DNA from: Acidimicrobiia bacterium
GTDB taxonomy: Bacteria > Actinomycetota > Acidimicrobiia > Acidimicrobiales > JANYDT01
DNA: 64,000 bases
Direction of reading: 5' to 3'
NCBI GenBank assembly: GCA_031418035.1
Contig: JANOWU010000051.1
Coordinates: 20,803-84,802 of the forward strand
This document shows positions 13,897-22,869 of this stretch, piece by piece. Every line of letters begins with the position of its first letter. Position 1 is the first letter of the stretch. The notes beneath the pieces were generated by a model. It worked only from the letters and a program-made list of their open reading frames with translations, did no database searches and was not told the DNA's origin. Both the position numbers and the translations under genes were made by a program.

Positions 13897-14991
13897 ATGA
13901 ACGAAACGGCTGACTTGCGGGGCCCTGCAGAGATCTCCTGGTTCTCCGCGTTGTGCGACGACGACTACGAGTTTCTAGGGGTTCCCGATCCCACATTGCG
14001 CAGCTCGTTCGAGCATTGCGGCGACATCGTCCGCCGGGCCAGCGAGCGCGGATTCGACAACATCTTGCTGCCGTCGGGCTACGAACTCGGCATCGATGCG
14101 ACGGCCTTTGCCGCCTCGATGGCGACGTCGCTCCAGGCGTCGACCATGCGCATGCTCCTCGCAGTCCGATGCGGGGAGCTTTGGCCCCCTCAGCTCGCCC
14201 GACAAATCGCCACACTCGATCGAATGCTCAACGGTCGACTCACCGTCAACATCATCTCCTCTGATCTTCCCGGTTCACCCATGGCGAGCGGGCCGCGTTA
14301 CCGACGCACCACCGAGATCATAAAGATCCTTAAGGTCTTGCTCGCGGGCCAACCTCTGCGCTTCGAGGGCGAGTTCTACGAGTTCGACGTGAAGGCACCA
14401 GGAGCTCAAACGCTGAGCGGCTCCTGCCCACCGTTGTATTTCGGCGGTCTTTCCCCTGATGCCCGCGATTGCTGTGCAGAAGGCGCCGACGTGTACCTCA
14501 TGTGGCCCGACACCATGGAAAACGTGCGAGACATCATCGACGACATGACGCTGCGCGCTTCGAGGTTTGGCCGGACGCTGCGATTCGGGTATCGGGTTCA
14601 CGTGGTGGTTCGCGAAACCGAAGAAGAGGCGCGCGCCAGCGCGCACCGATTGCTATCCCAGCTCGATCCCGACGTCGGTGAGGCCATTCGCAACAAGAGC
14701 CTCGACACCGTGTCGGCCGGAGCTCGACGGCAGGCCGAAATGCGAGATAGCGCCGCAAGTTCCGATGGCTACATCGAAGAGAACTTGTGGACCGGCATTG
14801 CTCGGGCCCGCTCAGGATGCGGGGCGGCCATCGTTGGCGACCCGGACCAGGTGGTGCGCAAGCTCCTGGCGTACCGCGAGCTCGGGATCGACGCGTTCAT
14901 CCTCTCGGGCTACCCCCATCTCGACGAATGCGACCTGTTCGCTCGCTACGTGCTGCCGCGCCTCGACCACGGACAGCTGCAGTTTCACTAG
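13897..14991 (+). CDS. LLM-class flavin-dependent monooxygenase (alkanesulfonate-monooxygenase-like)
   Basis: ATG 13897 lies 2 nt after the AKR stop. 364 aa. Luciferase-like TIM-barrel pattern (FDNILLPSGYE..., YFGGLSP, ...DAFILSGYPHLDE). Confidence 0.8.
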   Translation: MNETADLRGPAEISWFSALCDDDYEFLGVPDPTLRSSFEHCGDIVRRASERGFDNILLPSGYELGIDATAFAASMATSLQASTMRMLLAVRCGELWPPQLARQIATLDRMLNGRLTVNIISSDLPGSPMASGPRYRRTTEIIKILKVLLAGQPLRFEGEFYEFDVKAPGAQTLSGSCPPLYFGGLSPDARDCCAEGADVYLMWPDTMENVRDIIDDMTLRASRFGRTLRFGYRVHVVVRETEEEARASAHRLLSQLDPDVGEAIRNKSLDTVSAGARRQAEMRDSAASSDGYIEENLWTGIARARSGCGAAIVGDPDQVVRKLLAYRELGIDAFILSGYPHLDECDLFARYVLPRLDHGQLQFH

Positions 14992-15659
14992 TTCTTACGG
15001 GCAACTACGAAGAACTGTTTACCGACAAACCTCCATGCCGGGCGAAGCTTGAGGTACCACGACAACGCGGCAACGGGCGGCTGTCGACCTTCCGACATGC
15101 TGTAGGGCAAGAATCGATCGATTGCCTCTTCGACCACGAATCCGGCTTGCTCCAGAACCTCGCTCATTGAACGCTCGGTGAGCGCGACATGATGATCGAA
15201 ATAGTCCCAATAGGCACCGCCCACAAAACGCACGTTGGGTCCGAGGCACAACATCCGACCACCCGGCTTCAGCGCCCGGAAGGCCTGTTTCGTCGTTTGC
15301 ACCACCGTTGCCTTGTCGAAGAGGTGCTCCAGGAAGTTCGAAGTGAACACGACATCGATCGAGCCGTCGGGGACCGGCCACGGCGTCGAACAATCGTGAA
15401 GGATCAATTCCACGTCATTGTTGGCCTGTTCCTTTGCGTCCGGATTCAGGTCCAAGGCAAGCTTCTTCTGTGCGCTTACGTTGTTGATGAACTCGCAGTA
15501 CCCAGCCCCGAGATCGAGCACGGTCGCGGTCGGCGGAATCCACTTCGAGAAGAACTCGGACGTCAGAATCTTCCAGACCTCGTTGCGATACTCGGTTCGG
15601 CCGGAGAAGCGCTCTTCGTAAAGGCGCTTCAGCTCTTCGGCGTTGGCTTGCTCACTCAC
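14988..15659 (-). CDS. Class I SAM-dependent methyltransferase
   Basis: 223 aa. Motif I VLDLGAGYCEF, post-I LDLNPD, PGGRMLCLGPN. 4-nt convergent overlap with the upstream LLM gene. Confidence 0.85.
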   Translation of the reverse strand: MSEQANAEELKRLYEERFSGRTEYRNEVWKILTSEFFSKWIPPTATVLDLGAGYCEFINNVSAQKKLALDLNPDAKEQANNDVELILHDCSTPWPVPDGSIDVVFTSNFLEHLFDKATVVQTTKQAFRALKPGGRMLCLGPNVRFVGGAYWDYFDHHVALTERSMSEVLEQAGFVVEEAIDRFLPYSMSEGRQPPVAALSWYLKLRPAWRFVGKQFFVVARKN

Positions 15660-15779
15660 TCGGAATCTTCCAACCCGGACTCGAAATCACCCCACAAGCC
15701 TAGAGGGCGCTCCCGAACCGGATGCGGACCGTCTCGGGCGCGAAATCGAAAACTCGACGCCAGCGCCTATCGTGTCGAC

Positions 15780-16823
15780 ATGGACATCAAACTTGGACTG
15801 CAGACTGGCTACTGGAGCGCAGGGATCCCCGCCGGGATCAACGAACAGATAGCGACTGCCGAAGAACTCGGCTTCGAGTCGATGTGGACGGCGGAAGCTT
15901 ACGGTTCCGACGCCTTGACCCCGCTCGCGTGGTGGGGAGCGTCGACCAAGAACATCAAGCTCGGAACCGCCGTCATCCAGATGTCGGCCCGCACACCAAC
16001 CGCCGTGGCCATGGCTGCCCTCACGCTCGACCACTTGAGCGGCGGCCGCGTCATCGTGGGCATCGGTGCCTCGGGCCCCCAGGTGGTTGAAGGTTGGTAC
16101 GGCCAGCCGTATCCTCGCCCGCTCGAGCGAACGCGTGAGTACGTCGAGATCATGCGAAGTGTGTGGCGGCGAGACAAGCCGGTCGAGTTTTCCGGCAAGC
16201 AGTACAACTTGCCCTATCCCGGAGGGACCGGCCTCGGGAAGGCGCTCAAGTCGACAGTCCATCCCCTCCGATCAGATATCCCCATCTATCTGGGCGCAGA
16301 AGGTCCGAAGAACGTTTCCCTCGCCGCCGAGATCTGCGACGGTTGGCTCCCGTTGTTCTTTGCGCCGAGCCAGGACGACTTCTACCGCAAACGCCTCGCC
16401 GAGGGCTTTGCCGCCCGCAAGGCGAGCGGCGACACGCGACCCGTCGAGAACTTCGAGGTTGCAGCCGGACTCATCATCGTGCCGAACCCCGACGTCGAAG
16501 CTGCGGCAAACATGGTGCGACCGAACCTCGCGCTGTATATGGGCGGCATGGGCGCCCGCGAACAGAACTTCCACTTCGACGTCTTTGCCCGGATGGGCTA
16601 CGAGGATGTCGCCGTGAAGGTGCAAGACCTCTACCTTCAGGGAAAGAAGGCCGAGGCGATCGCATCGATCCCCACAGCCCTTTGCGAGGAGGTTGCGTTG
16701 ATCGGCCCTCCCGAAAAGATCAAAGAAGAGTTAGCACTCTGGGCCGATACCTGCATCACGACGTTCCTGCTCTCGGGCCCACCGCACGTATTGCGTACGG
16801 TTGCCGAGATGGTCCGCGACTAG
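15780..16823 (+). CDS. LLM-class F420-dependent oxidoreductase (actinobacterial family)
   Basis: ATG 15780 (MDIKLGLQTGYW...). The upstream part of the 544-aa ORF is antisense to the methyltransferase. Motifs: ESMWTAEAYGSDALTPLAW, GGRVIVGIGASGPQVVEGWYG. Confidence 0.82.
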   Translation: MDIKLGLQTGYWSAGIPAGINEQIATAEELGFESMWTAEAYGSDALTPLAWWGASTKNIKLGTAVIQMSARTPTAVAMAALTLDHLSGGRVIVGIGASGPQVVEGWYGQPYPRPLERTREYVEIMRSVWRRDKPVEFSGKQYNLPYPGGTGLGKALKSTVHPLRSDIPIYLGAEGPKNVSLAAEICDGWLPLFFAPSQDDFYRKRLAEGFAARKASGDTRPVENFEVAAGLIIVPNPDVEAAANMVRPNLALYMGGMGAREQNFHFDVFARMGYEDVAVKVQDLYLQGKKAEAIASIPTALCEEVALIGPPEKIKEELALWADTCITTFLLSGPPHVLRTVAEMVRD

Positions 16824-16839
16824 CCGGACCCGATCGGTA

Positions 16840-18051
16840 TCAGCGGGTAAGGACGAACTTCGGCGAGAGCGGATGGGCACCCGATGCCCCGAAGAAGATT
16901 TCGTTGGTCGGAATCGCCGAACCGTTCAAGAAGAACGAGAACGTCATCGTCCGCGAGCACGGTGACGCAATCCGAAGCGCATCGATGTCACTCGTCGTGG
17001 ACATCGAGAACGACGACGATTTACTCCCCGCCTTGACCAGATCGACATTCGACTCGGTATAGGTGGGATACACCTTGTGCGACGAGCTCGACGAGATCGT
17101 TCCGGTGAAGAGCACCGGTGAGTTCGACGGGTTGTAGGCGTGAACGTTCCAGACGCCACTCTCGAACCAGATGTAGACGCCGCGCTTGGCGCCGGCCCCG
17201 AAGGATTGCGGGCGACCCATCGCCGAGGACGGCCACACCTGACTGATGCACTTCGACACCGAGATCCGGGCCAGCGCAGGCACGGCCGGGAGCGGCTGCA
17301 AGGTGGTTGTGGTCGTCGTGGTGGTCGGCGGCAATGTCGTAGTTGTCGTCGTGGTCGTCGGAGCGGCCGTCGTGGTGGTCGGCCCCACGACGATCGGCGC
17401 CGAGTTGATCACCGACGAACGACGACCGTCGCTGAACACCGACTGCACCGTAAAGGTGTACGCAACGCCGGGGGTGAGGTCAGCGAATCCGGCCGAGAGC
17501 GATGAGCTCGACACCGTCAGAACAATCGGGCCCGGGATCGCCGACACGATGTAGCTCGAAACTTTCTGACCAGAACCCAGCACCGGTGGGGTCCAGCTGA
17601 GCGACACCGATCGATCAACCAGCGTCGCCGACAGTGAAGCAGGCGCGCTCAGTTGTTTCGGCGTGGTGACTGGCGGTGCGGTCTCCCCGGCCTTCAGGAT
17701 GTAGATGGGGTTGGTCGTCGCGGAGTACGGCCCCTTCTTTCCACCGATAATGGCGCGAACTCGGAACGAGTAGAACCGGCCAGGAGCCAGTCCTCCGAAC
17801 GGGAACGAGTTCGACGCCGAACTCATCACGGCGACCTTGTTCCCTCCGTCGACCATTTCGACTTCGTACCCCGAAGTCACCGCTCCCGGAGGCTGGGCCC
17901 AACGCACGGTGATCTCGTTCGGAGCCGTGAGGGTCGCCGCCACCGACGCCGGCTGGGCACCCTTGTTGGATGCCGACGCTGTCTGCGCGACGAGGGAAAC
18001 GAAAAGCGAAGTGACTGCAACAAATGCGGCAACGGCACGTGAGTTTCTCAT
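16840..18051 (-). CDS. Secreted protein with two fibronectin type III-like domains, poly-Thr linker and unknown C-terminal domain
   Basis: Start at ATG 18051 (MRNSRAVAAFVAVTSLFVSLVAQTASA signal peptide). FN3-like blocks ITVRWAQPPG...GYEVEM...PGRFYSFRVRA and VSLSWTPP...YIVSA...PGVAYTFTVQS. Linker TTTTAAPTTTTTTTTLPPTTTTTTTT. Confidence 0.8.
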   Translation of the reverse strand: MRNSRAVAAFVAVTSLFVSLVAQTASASNKGAQPASVAATLTAPNEITVRWAQPPGAVTSGYEVEMVDGGNKVAVMSSASNSFPFGGLAPGRFYSFRVRAIIGGKKGPYSATTNPIYILKAGETAPPVTTPKQLSAPASLSATLVDRSVSLSWTPPVLGSGQKVSSYIVSAIPGPIVLTVSSSSLSAGFADLTPGVAYTFTVQSVFSDGRRSSVINSAPIVVGPTTTTAAPTTTTTTTTLPPTTTTTTTTLQPLPAVPALARISVSKCISQVWPSSAMGRPQSFGAGAKRGVYIWFESGVWNVHAYNPSNSPVLFTGTISSSSSHKVYPTYTESNVDLVKAGSKSSSFSMSTTSDIDALRIASPCSRTMTFSFFLNGSAIPTNEIFFGASGAHPLSPKFVLTR

Positions 18052-18212
18052 GAACCTATTTTCAGATCGAGGTGTGACTGAACGATGCTGAGCGAATTCG
18101 GAGTTTGGGGTCATCGTGTGGGCAACGCGTGAGGTCTAGGTCGATCTCACTAGGTACGGCGAACCTCGGTGATCCTTGAGACCCATGCTCCCGCTCGTGG
18201 CATTGTTGGGAA

Positions 18213-18959
18213 ATGGAACTCACCCGCTACATCGACAGTCTCGAACAGGATCTGAATCGAATTCGGTCGATTCACCATGACCTTTCACCAACGGTGCCCT
18301 CGTGTCCCGGATGGGATATCGGCCGTCTCATAGGTCACCTCGGGCGAGTCCATCGCATGGCCCTCGCCGTGCTGACCACCGGCGCAATGCAGCCTGCTGC
18401 GCCCGATCAACTCGAGTCGCCACCGAGTGATCCCAGTGATCTGCGCGCATACTTCGACACGAGCGCGGAATCGATCGTGAAAACCTTACGTGAAATCGAT
18501 CCGGAGTCGCCCTGTTGGACGTTCCTCGGTGGACCCAATCAGGCATCGTTCTGGTTTCGACGCTCGGCACATGAACACTCGGTGCATCGAGTCGACGCCG
18601 AAATGGCGATCGGAGACGTGCATCCCATCCCTGCCGACATCGCCGTCGACGGCATCAGTGAGTACTTCGTGATTCAGAACGTGCGGGCGCTTCCCAACAA
18701 ACCGGACTTCGTGCTCCCGGGGTCACTCCATCTGCACGCCACCGACGAGGGAGTACACGGCGAATGGATGATCAATCACGCCGATGGCCGCCTCGTTGTC
18801 ACCGAGGAGCACGGAAAGGGCGACGCGGCGATACGCGGAACGGCCTCGGACCTACTCCTCGGACTGTGGCGACGCGTTGATATGCGCGCCGGTCAACAGT
18901 TCGAACGGTTCGGTTCAGAGGCAGTCATCAACGCCATCACATCGCTCGGCGGAACGTGA
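18213..18959 (+). CDS. Maleylpyruvate isomerase-family / DinB-like mycothiol-dependent enzyme
   Basis: 248 aa. The N-terminal pattern (...CPGWDIGRLIGHLGRVHRMA...) is typical of the actinobacterial mycothiol-dependent DinB-like family. Family-level call only. Confidence 0.7.
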   Translation: MELTRYIDSLEQDLNRIRSIHHDLSPTVPSCPGWDIGRLIGHLGRVHRMALAVLTTGAMQPAAPDQLESPPSDPSDLRAYFDTSAESIVKTLREIDPESPCWTFLGGPNQASFWFRRSAHEHSVHRVDAEMAIGDVHPIPADIAVDGISEYFVIQNVRALPNKPDFVLPGSLHLHATDEGVHGEWMINHADGRLVVTEEHGKGDAAIRGTASDLLLGLWRRVDMRAGQQFERFGSEAVINAITSLGGT

Positions 18960-18965
18960 TCAGAC

Positions 18966-19184
18966 CTACGAGTCGTCCCCGCTGTCAACCCCATCAAGCA
19001 ACGAGATGGCTTTCTCCACGGAGCGTCGAGCGCGCGTAAGGCGCTTCTCGACCTTCCGCAGTTCCGCCTGGTCCTCCTCGGAATCGGCGCGCATCGCGTT
19101 TCTCAAGGTGGCTATCGCCTCGTCTGCGATTCGCTCTGCGACAGACCGGAGGTCGGCGGCGATCTGGGTGGATTCACTGGACAT
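18966..19184 (-). CDS. Small helical hypothetical protein
   Basis: ATG 19184 (MSSESTQIAADLRSVAERIADEAIATLRN...). 72 aa, charged and helical-looking. 11-nt overlap with the glcF stop suggests co-translation with the glc operon. No recognisable family. Confidence 0.45.
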   Translation of the reverse strand: MSSESTQIAADLRSVAERIADEAIATLRNAMRADSEEDQAELRKVEKRLTRARRSVEKAISLLDGVDSGDDS

Positions 19185-20436
19185 GCGTTGACCCCTCGAT
19201 AGCCTCAAGAACGATCTTCATCGGATGGACAAAACGAAGTTGCGGCTGTCCGTCAACTCGAGGTGCGTTCGTGAGCCACATCGAACACCCCGGATTGGCG
19301 CTGGCGATAGTAACTGCGCCGGTCGATCGCACGGCCGCAACCTTCTGTGTACGTATCGATTCGGCCAGCTCGGGTTGCAGCAGGGAATAGCTGCCACCCG
19401 CCCCGCAGCAACGGCCGTCATCGGCAATCTCTCGAACGTCGACAAAGCGTTCCAACACCCTCCTCGTCGCAAGGTGAGCCTTTTGGACGTGACGAAGGTG
19501 GCAGGGGTCCTGCACCGCAACGACGCGACGATCGCCCGCCACCATCGTCGGCAGCGCGTCGATGCGTTGCGCCACCCACTCCTGTGAATCGAAGACCCGT
19601 TCGGAAAACTTCCGAGCCTCGTCCGTACCGAGCAAGTGGCCGTAATCCTTGAGGGCCGCACCGCACCCGGCCGAATTCACCACGATCGGTGCATCCCCGG
19701 GCATAGAGGCCATCACCTTCGCCGCAAGTCGAACCCCGTCGGCCTTTTGCCCGACATGGAGATGGAGCGCGCCACAACAGTCACCTCCGCGCAGGGGAAC
19801 GGCGACACGTTTTGCTCCCGCAAGCTCGAGGACGCGCTTGGTGGCCACGTGGACATCGCGCTGCCACACATCCATAACGCAGCCCGTAAAGAGCCACACA
19901 TCGGGAGTATCCGTCGACGTGGTCGAGATCGGTGTGTTTCGCGTCGGGATTCGTTCGGGAAGCCCACCTCGTCGCCGCAGGCGATCCGGGATGAGCCCAA
20001 AGCGTTGTGCTCGGCCGAGCATCGAGGACCCAAAGGCCAACAATCGGTGATGTTCGAGCACCTTGAGCCCGATCCTCACGAACAGCAGCACCTTTATGAG
20101 CCCCTTGTCCGCCAAGGTCACTCGGGTCTGCTCCATGAGTGCGCCGAACTGAACACCGGAGGGACACGCCGTCTCGCATCCACGACACATCACGCAGCGT
20201 TCCATGAAGGTGACGAAGTCTTCGTCGATCGTCAACTCGCCTGACTCGACCGCTCGCATCATGGTGATACGACCACGCGGCGACGCCGACTCCTCCTCCG
20301 TGGAACGATACGTAGGACAGTGGGGCAGGCACAGCCCACATGACACGCATGCGTTCAGCAAGTCTGGGTCGAGACCCAAAACGCCAGCAACGGTCTTCGA
20401 TGACGGCCCAGTGTGGGATTGATCGAGGCTCACCAC
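19174..20436 (-). CDS. glcF: Glycolate oxidase iron-sulfur subunit-like (Fe-S) oxidoreductase
   Basis: Two 4Fe-4S motifs, CVSCGLCLPHCP and CVMCRGCETACP, followed by Cys-rich CCG-type repeats (TGCVMD..., DPCHL..., CCGAGG). Confidence 0.85.
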   Translation of the reverse strand: MVSLDQSHTGPSSKTVAGVLGLDPDLLNACVSCGLCLPHCPTYRSTEEESASPRGRITMMRAVESGELTIDEDFVTFMERCVMCRGCETACPSGVQFGALMEQTRVTLADKGLIKVLLFVRIGLKVLEHHRLLAFGSSMLGRAQRFGLIPDRLRRRGGLPERIPTRNTPISTTSTDTPDVWLFTGCVMDVWQRDVHVATKRVLELAGAKRVAVPLRGGDCCGALHLHVGQKADGVRLAAKVMASMPGDAPIVVNSAGCGAALKDYGHLLGTDEARKFSERVFDSQEWVAQRIDALPTMVAGDRRVVAVQDPCHLRHVQKAHLATRRVLERFVDVREIADDGRCCGAGGSYSLLQPELAESIRTQKVAAVRSTGAVTIASANPGCSMWLTNAPRVDGQPQLRFVHPMKIVLEAIEGSTHVQ

Positions 20437-21395
20437 GGGAGAACTCCTGGGTTACAACGCCCATCGGGGTCGAAGACGTCTTTGACTTTTCGATTCATTT
20501 CGATGACCTCGGGGGCGAGCACGTGGTGGGCGACATATCCGTGGACGGTTCCGGTACCGAGTTCGGCCATCCAGCCAGTCTCGCCGCTGGCTGGCAGGGA
20601 ACGAATCGTTGCGGGCTCGACCGAGCCTCGTCCTTGAGGCAACGCGGGCGCTGCGCATTCCTCCCACCCCGAACCGGGCAAGGCAGCGACCTCGACGGTG
20701 ACCTCCGCCGACGTCCCCTCGATCTGCACCCAGGTCTGTCGACCGTCCCACAGAATCGTCGATGGTCGAAACAGCGTTCGGCGTACGGCCCACGGATCCA
20801 CCTCAGCAGTCAGCCACCGACGCTCCTCGGGTGCCGGCTGACAACGAAGGACAACCTCGCCGATCATCGCCAACGTGCCCAGCGACCCCACCAACATGCG
20901 ACACACATCGAACCCCGAAACGTTTTTCACCACCGGCGCGCCGGCGCGCCGCAAGAGGCCATCGGCCGACACGTACTGCGCCTCCAACAGAAGGTCACGA
21001 ATGTGGCCGTGGCGCAAACGGCGAACTCCGGAATGGCCGACGCTGAGCACCCCACCGACGGTAGCTCGATCGGGATCCGCCGGATCGAGCGGACACTGCA
21101 ATCCGTGCTCGGCCAACGCAACATCAAGGGCGGCGACCGGCGTGCCCGCTCCACACCTTACGATCAGCTCCGATGCCTGAACCTCCACGACACCATCGGG
21201 GGCATCGATATCGCGCACCGACTCACTCGGTTGCGTCGACGTTGCCGGGCGGCGTCCGATGTTCCACTGGGTGCGCCCGCCGACGACGCGCACGGGACCC
21301 GTCGTGCCAACCTCGTCGACGAACCTACGCAAACGCGGGGAGGCCTCGGGACGCGTGTAGGGCGTGGACGCGCGGACACTGACCATCAGATCCAT
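20430..21395 (-). CDS. glcE: FAD-binding oxidase subunit (GlcE-like)
   Basis: 321 aa. Overlaps glcD (10 nt) and glcF (7 nt). PCMH-type FAD-binding pattern (VRVVGGRTQW..., GGVLSVGHSG). Its position between glcD and glcF supports the call. Confidence 0.72.
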   Translation of the reverse strand: MDLMVSVRASTPYTRPEASPRLRRFVDEVGTTGPVRVVGGRTQWNIGRRPATSTQPSESVRDIDAPDGVVEVQASELIVRCGAGTPVAALDVALAEHGLQCPLDPADPDRATVGGVLSVGHSGVRRLRHGHIRDLLLEAQYVSADGLLRRAGAPVVKNVSGFDVCRMLVGSLGTLAMIGEVVLRCQPAPEERRWLTAEVDPWAVRRTLFRPSTILWDGRQTWVQIEGTSAEVTVEVAALPGSGWEECAAPALPQGRGSVEPATIRSLPASGETGWMAELGTGTVHGYVAHHVLAPEVIEMNRKVKDVFDPDGRCNPGVLPW

Positions 21396-22834
21396 GCTCC
21401 TTCGGGTACCCGACGAAGCTCACCGCACGTTGCGCTCGACGGGAGCACCTTCAGGGGATTGAAGCGGTTCTCTGGATCGAACATCGAACGTATGCGCGCT
21501 TGATGGTTCATCTCGGCGTCGTTGAACACGAGCGGAAGATAGTCCTTCTTCTCGAGACCGATGCCGTGTTCCCCGCTCAGCATCCCGCCGGCGTTGATGC
21601 ACAGTTCGACGATCTCGCGGCCGGCCTCGTGGACCCGATCCATGATGCCCGGCTCGCGGCCGTCGAAAACGAGAAGCGGATGGAGGTTGCCGTCACCGGC
21701 ATGAAAGACGTTGAGCACGATGAGCTCATGACGATCGGCGATCTCAACAACGCCCTCCATCACCTCGGTCAGCTTCGTACGCGGAACCACGGCGTCGTGC
21801 AGGTAGTAGTCCGGCTTGATGTTTGCGATCGCACCGAACGCGGACTTTCGTGCCTTCCAGAGAAGGGCCCGCTCTTCGACGGTCGACGCAACGCGAACGG
21901 TCCGTGCCCCACTTTCCAGACATCGACGTCGGACCTCGGCGACAGTGGGTTCAATCCCCTCGGGCACGCCTTCGATCTCGATGAGCAGAACCGCACCGGC
22001 GTCGAGCGGCAAGCCTGCCTTCGCCCAGTTCTCGACCGCCCGAATGCAGTTCGCGTCCATCATTTCCAGTGCTGCGGGGAGACTGCCGCTCGCGATGACC
22101 GACGACACGGCGTCACTCGCTTCACGGATCGTGCCAAAGTCCGCGAGCATCGTACGAATGGCCGGAGGATTCGGCATCAACCGTACACATACCTTTGTGA
22201 CAATGCCCATCGTTCCCTCGCTGCCAACCATCAGCCCGCGTAGGTCGTATCCCGAAACGTCACCGACGGTTCCACCGAGCACGACGAGTTCGCCGGAAGG
22301 CATGACCACCTCTAGAGCGTAGATATGCGCGCTTGTTACTCCATGAGCAAGGCAGTGTGGTCCACCGGCGTTCGTGCCGACGTTGCCTCCGATGGAGCAC
22401 GTTTGTTGGCTCGACGGGTCGGGGGCGTAATGCAGTCCGTGCTGCGCAACAGCCTTCGAGAGATCGAGGTTCAATACGCCAGGCTCGACCCACGCAAGAC
22501 GCTCTTCGACATCGACCGACAAGACCCGGTTCATCTTGCTCGTGACAATCACGACCGGGTCGTTCAGCGGCACCGCTCCCCCGGCCAAACCGGTCCCTGA
22601 GCCGCGCGGCGTGACCGCTCGGTCGTGGGCGATGGCCGCACGCACGCACGCCTGCACTTGGGCCGACGTCTCGGGCAACACGATGACCCCGGGCGCGGCT
22701 GGATCGATCGCGGAGGCGTCCTTCGCATAGAGCGCCTTCTCGAAGGGTTTCGACAGGACCCGCTTCGCACCGACAATGGCCGCAAGTTCTGCCACGAGTT
22801 GCGCAGTCGACGACGATACGGGTGCAGGCACCAC
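21386..22834 (-). CDS. glcD: FAD-linked oxidase (glycolate oxidase subunit GlcD-like)
   Basis: 482 aa. Motifs: VTPRGSGTGLAGGAVP, CSIGGNVGTNAGG, NVFHAGDGNLHP, GEHGIGLEK. Confidence 0.88.
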   Translation of the reverse strand: MVPAPVSSSTAQLVAELAAIVGAKRVLSKPFEKALYAKDASAIDPAAPGVIVLPETSAQVQACVRAAIAHDRAVTPRGSGTGLAGGAVPLNDPVVIVTSKMNRVLSVDVEERLAWVEPGVLNLDLSKAVAQHGLHYAPDPSSQQTCSIGGNVGTNAGGPHCLAHGVTSAHIYALEVVMPSGELVVLGGTVGDVSGYDLRGLMVGSEGTMGIVTKVCVRLMPNPPAIRTMLADFGTIREASDAVSSVIASGSLPAALEMMDANCIRAVENWAKAGLPLDAGAVLLIEIEGVPEGIEPTVAEVRRRCLESGARTVRVASTVEERALLWKARKSAFGAIANIKPDYYLHDAVVPRTKLTEVMEGVVEIADRHELIVLNVFHAGDGNLHPLLVFDGREPGIMDRVHEAGREIVELCINAGGMLSGEHGIGLEKKDYLPLVFNDAEMNHQARIRSMFDPENRFNPLKVLPSSATCGELRRVPEGAWI

Positions 22835-22869
22835 TCCAAGCTACCCGGACTCGGCGAACCCGTTGATGG

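Noticed and set aside
15189-15779. N-terminal part of the 544-aa ORF that ends as the F420-type LLM gene
   Set aside because: It is antisense to the SAM methyltransferase gene. The LLM homology starts exactly at MDIKLGLQTGYW (ATG 15780).
17296-17386. Short-period DNA repeats (ggtcgtcgt/ggtggt units), also at 56092-56200 and 58320-58390, considered as CRISPR-like or satellite repeats
   Set aside because: They are in-frame Thr (ACC/ACG/ACA) codon runs of secreted-protein linkers. There is no spacer/repeat organisation and there are no cas genes.
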